Source: Phoronis australis
Taxonomy: Eukaryota > Animalia > Phoronida
Direction of reading: 5' to 3'
DNA length: 64,000 nucleotides
Assembly: GCA_002633005.1 (NCBI GenBank)
Contig: NMRA01000241.1
Coordinates: 101,684-165,683, forward strand
In this document: piece by piece, positions 14,404-64,000 of the stretch
Position numbering within the stretch: the first letter of the stretch is position 1
How the letters are laid out: each line of letters starts with the position of its first letter
Notes under the pieces: generated by a model
The model's database searches: none
Told to the model about the DNA's origin: nothing
Seen by the model: only the letters and a program-made list of their open reading frames with translations
Program-made: the position numbers and the translations under genes

Positions 14404-15743
14404 CCGTATTCGCCCCAAGAAGCACCCAGGGCACTTAGAAAAATTCGCTTCAGGAAGGGAGGGCGCTTATTATAACTCAAAAGTGGTTGAAACATGTCTC
14501 CGAAACAGGTGAAATTGTAAGCTAGAATTCATCTAATTTATGCTCTGTAACTCATCTGTAACCTATGAGAGAATTTCTACAAAATTGCAGTGCATTGCTA
14601 TCAAACTTTGTTGTTAAATTATGAGCATTTTTCAGAAAATCTCAGTGCGAAAACTTGCCGACTGATGCGTCGCTGCCTCGCGATTGCCGATAGGTCAACT
14701 TGAATTCTTGAGTAAAAACATAGTTTCAATTCAACAAATTACTTGAAGTTCTCCTGAAGTTTTCTAAATAGCGTCCTTAAGATTTTGAAGTTCCTGTGCA
14801 GTCGGGATTAAGAGCATATTAAGTGCAAATCTGCGCTACATCGTACTCCGCAATGCGAGAAAAATCTCTGGACGAACACACATGTTGTTGTCACACGATG
14901 TTTGTTTTGAAGTTCGTCCGCGTATTGTGTGAGTGAGCGAGCGCGCGTGTGTCATCAGAGTTCAATTGCCAGAGTAAACGCGATGTAACGATCTAGGTGT
15001 GCATTTTAACTAAGAAAATTTAACACAAGCTGTAAAACAGAACGTGTTGATCTCGTCTGCTAAAAAACGTTTGAAAATTGTTTCGGTAAGGCCGATGTCA
15101 TTGAGTCACCAGGTGATTGGATGCGTGACAGCTATTCTAACAGTCATTTTTCAGGAAATTGGGGGTGTAAGGGTGCGGAAGTGTTCACTATAGTTGGTCA
15201 TTTTGACTTTAAAAACACCAATTACGACTAATTTAATAATTTCCCCTTAAAAATAACGCAAACGTTTTTTACGGTAATTAGAAACTCTCGGAAATATGTG
15301 CCAGTATTTATTTCTTGCAGATGCTATGCTACTCGTTTCACGAATACATAGTTCCCGAAGACTAATGTTCGATAACAGGTACTTGAATGTAGCGCGCGCT
15401 TCCTGGCCACGTGCTTTAAACCGAACAAAGGTCAAGTTTTTATTAATCTTCGATTCGCGCTTGCGTTTTTTTTGAAGCGCGACAGAAGTTTGAAGTGTAT
15501 AGTCACGGCTCAATACCGACATAGCGGTGATGCTCGTGGTCTACAAATTCTGCACACAATGATATTTTTAGGACTGACGGATCTTATTGATAAATTGAAG
15601 ATGTTACTGTAGAATTTTAGACCTGTTGGTAAAGCATTTTTCGCATGTACACGTCGTTCATGGACTGGGCACTTATTTTAGCAAAGTCTGAAAATGCGTG
15701 GGGGCGCTTATAGAAGCATGGGCGCTTATTAGGGCGAATACGG
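14404..15743. mobile_element. Non-autonomous Tc1/mariner (Tc2/pogo-like) element, about 1.34 kb
   Basis: ta|ccgtattcgccccaagaagcaccc ... gggcgcttattagggcgaatacgg|tt: 24-bp imperfect TIR with CCGTA termini and subterminal gggcgcttat repeats. Confidence 0.8.
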
Positions 15744-16763
15744 TTTGTTACCTTTGGGCAATGAACAGTGGGTTTAAAGCATCACCTTGCCATATTCAGG
15801 CAGAGATTAATATCCTGTTTTTATTGAAGGAGACATGAAATGTTTGTTTTGGCTCATGCACATTCTGTTATTATGTACTTTTGTGCAAACAGTTGTGAAG
15901 ACATTTCCGTGACTGAAGTGATCATTTTGATATACACCCGTATCTGACTTCCTTAAAATTTTGTTTTTCTGTGCCCAAGTACGGCTTAATACCCACCCCT
16001 TAATTTTTTAATTTCCCTGTTTAAGTGAAGTGTTCATTTAAGTTGCTGGACCTGAGTTTGGCGTATAAGACGGTTTAAGTTCAAGTTAAATTTTGCATTT
16101 TATATATCAGTATGAATCATGATTTTTGATCTGGGTGTAAAAAATGCCTAAAACCATATGTCCTAATGCACTCTTGAAGTATTGTGAATCAAATGCCAAT
16201 GACCTCATTGTGTTTGTGGACGAATACAAAACTTTGTGAAAATTTGTGTCTTGGAAAACGAGGAATCACTAACTTTAACTGAGATGAGTGCAGTGTGTGT
16301 AACCTGTACTACATTGATAATGAGCTCTGTGCTCTGTGTTTTTGTTGGGTATAACTTTTTGTTCACTCAGATTGTCATATCATATTTCCATCCTGTGACT
16401 TTCAGTCCGTGCTGTATGTGAACTATAGGACTCGCTGTCCAACAAAAAGTGACAGATTTAGTTTGTGGAAAGTAAAAATAACTATCCTTTTGCTGTAAGA
16501 GCGTGTCAAATGTGTAAAATTCTCACCTGTTAAACAGCGTGTTTTATCAATTGTTTTTGCCAAGTGTGCAAATGTGACGCTAGGTAACAGTAGCCATGTT
16601 TGTTCACAGTGGCACCACCCATCAGTCAGATGATATGCTTCTCTGTCATTTAATACATCTGACTTATTACAAACCTGCTCATTATAACTGTTGGTACAAG
16701 GGTACATTTCATAACACACATATTATTGCTTACGCTATCCTAATCCTCTGTTTTCCATTTTAG

Positions 16764-62712
<45,949 letters not shown>

Positions 62713-64000
62713 GTGAGTATTCTACAGTCTTTGTTGTTGGTCTGTTTTTTACCTAGAGAATATCGGGTCTACCAGTCAGGCAATTCCACCTGAAGACTTG
62801 ACCATTATACACTGACTTTTTAGTAATCTAAATATTATCTTTGTTGTGTGAACAGTGACAGCGTGAATATTAAATTTTATAATATTTGGTTTTCAAAAGT
62901 ATTTTTGTTGTTTTTGTTGAAGTTGCTTCTTCATCTGCATATTAGGTTGGACAAAGTTGTATAATTGTCCTGTTATCAGGATGTCCCTGAACAGACTCAC
63001 TGTTACTGAGGCTTTGGCCTAGTAGAATATAATCTTAATGAAATATATCCGACAAACAGCTCTTTTTCATTGAGCTCATTAAAGTGACTTCCATGTTGTT
63101 TAGGTCTGATATTCTGCTGTTCAAGGAGGGTTCAGTGGCTGAAGACGGAATTTAAAATTCTTTCGTTCACGGACATTTTGTTGTTATCTTTTTTGCTTGT
63201 CGTTTGATCTTTCTCTGCACAATAATGTTGATTTGACGGGATGATGATTACAAAGAATTTAAAAAAAACAACTCCGAAATCTCACTGCTTTAACAGTGAG
63301 CCAAGGTGAAGGACACTGACTGGAGCTTGTCTGATCCACTTTCCATGCTAGGTGGAATCATTTCCTTGGTGGAGCCTCTGAATCTCAGCTATGATCTTCT
63401 AAATTCCAGTCCCGGACCAACTGACACCAAACCTGTGGTACATATCCTTAGAACCGTGTCTTCAAACTCCATACAAAACGAATCAGGCAATTTTGATGTC
63501 TACTACTTCAGGACAGGGCGACAGAGGATTTTAGCTTGAATTCAGATGCTTGACCAGAGAAGCATTTCCACCCCTTGTAGATGGACCTGACCTGATGCTG
63601 TCAATGTCAATAAGCTAAACCTTTTAAATGTTGACCCGATTCTCATATGAACTTAAAGTCCATCTTGCAAACTGCCCATGTGGTTCCAGTATCCGAAAAT
63701 ACTTACTACATAAATTCTTATTTTCGACACCCTTTCTTTATATTCTTTTCGCCTTTCTTGCCAAAAGCGATTTTTTAACAGTATTTGACCCTTCTCTCTG
63801 AGCGTATGATTACCGGTTGTCATTGGTTATTTCCGTAACCACATTTCCGGCTCATCAGTTCAGGAACTTGTCCTGAACGCCGCCATTTTTTCCTTGTAAC
63901 TGAATGTGCTATGGCTTGCTCGAAAAGTCTTCATTATTTTGTTTTATTAGTAATATATCGTGATTCGTTTGCATATGTAGTGTATTTATAGTTTGTAGTT

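Noticed and set aside
1-16763. PKC exon 1 (pseudosubstrate and FCSHC..FIW)
   Set aside because: Not found by eye; presumably upstream of the window, so this region is treated as intron.

Overview
Eukaryotic (animal, probably marine invertebrate) AT-rich genomic DNA. The window lies inside one large + strand gene for a conventional, Ca2+/DAG-dependent protein kinase C (co-orthologue of vertebrate PKC alpha/beta/gamma). Nine distinct internal coding exons can be read by hand at GT-AG boundaries and splice in frame: C1A, C1B, C2, hinge and the kinase N-lobe. Exon 1 and the 3' exons appear to lie outside the window. One exon appears twice across a single-N join, probably an uncollapsed haplotype. 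The introns are packed with mobile DNA: TTAA-flanked Kolobok-like elements carrying a decayed THAP domain, TA-flanked Tc2/pogo-like elements (one nested in a Kolobok copy), hAT-like MITEs with apparent 5- and 6-bp TSDs, a Harbinger-like MITE, a Tc1 transposase relic, a LINE RT relic and many minisatellites. A Penelope-like GIY-YIG relic ends in a minimal hammerhead ribozyme motif with a compensatory U3-A8 core. A degenerate minisatellite copies the splice acceptor and first codons of the second C2 exon. Most ORFs in the supplied track are spurious. All coordinates and alignments were done by eye; comparisons with human exon sizes are from memory.
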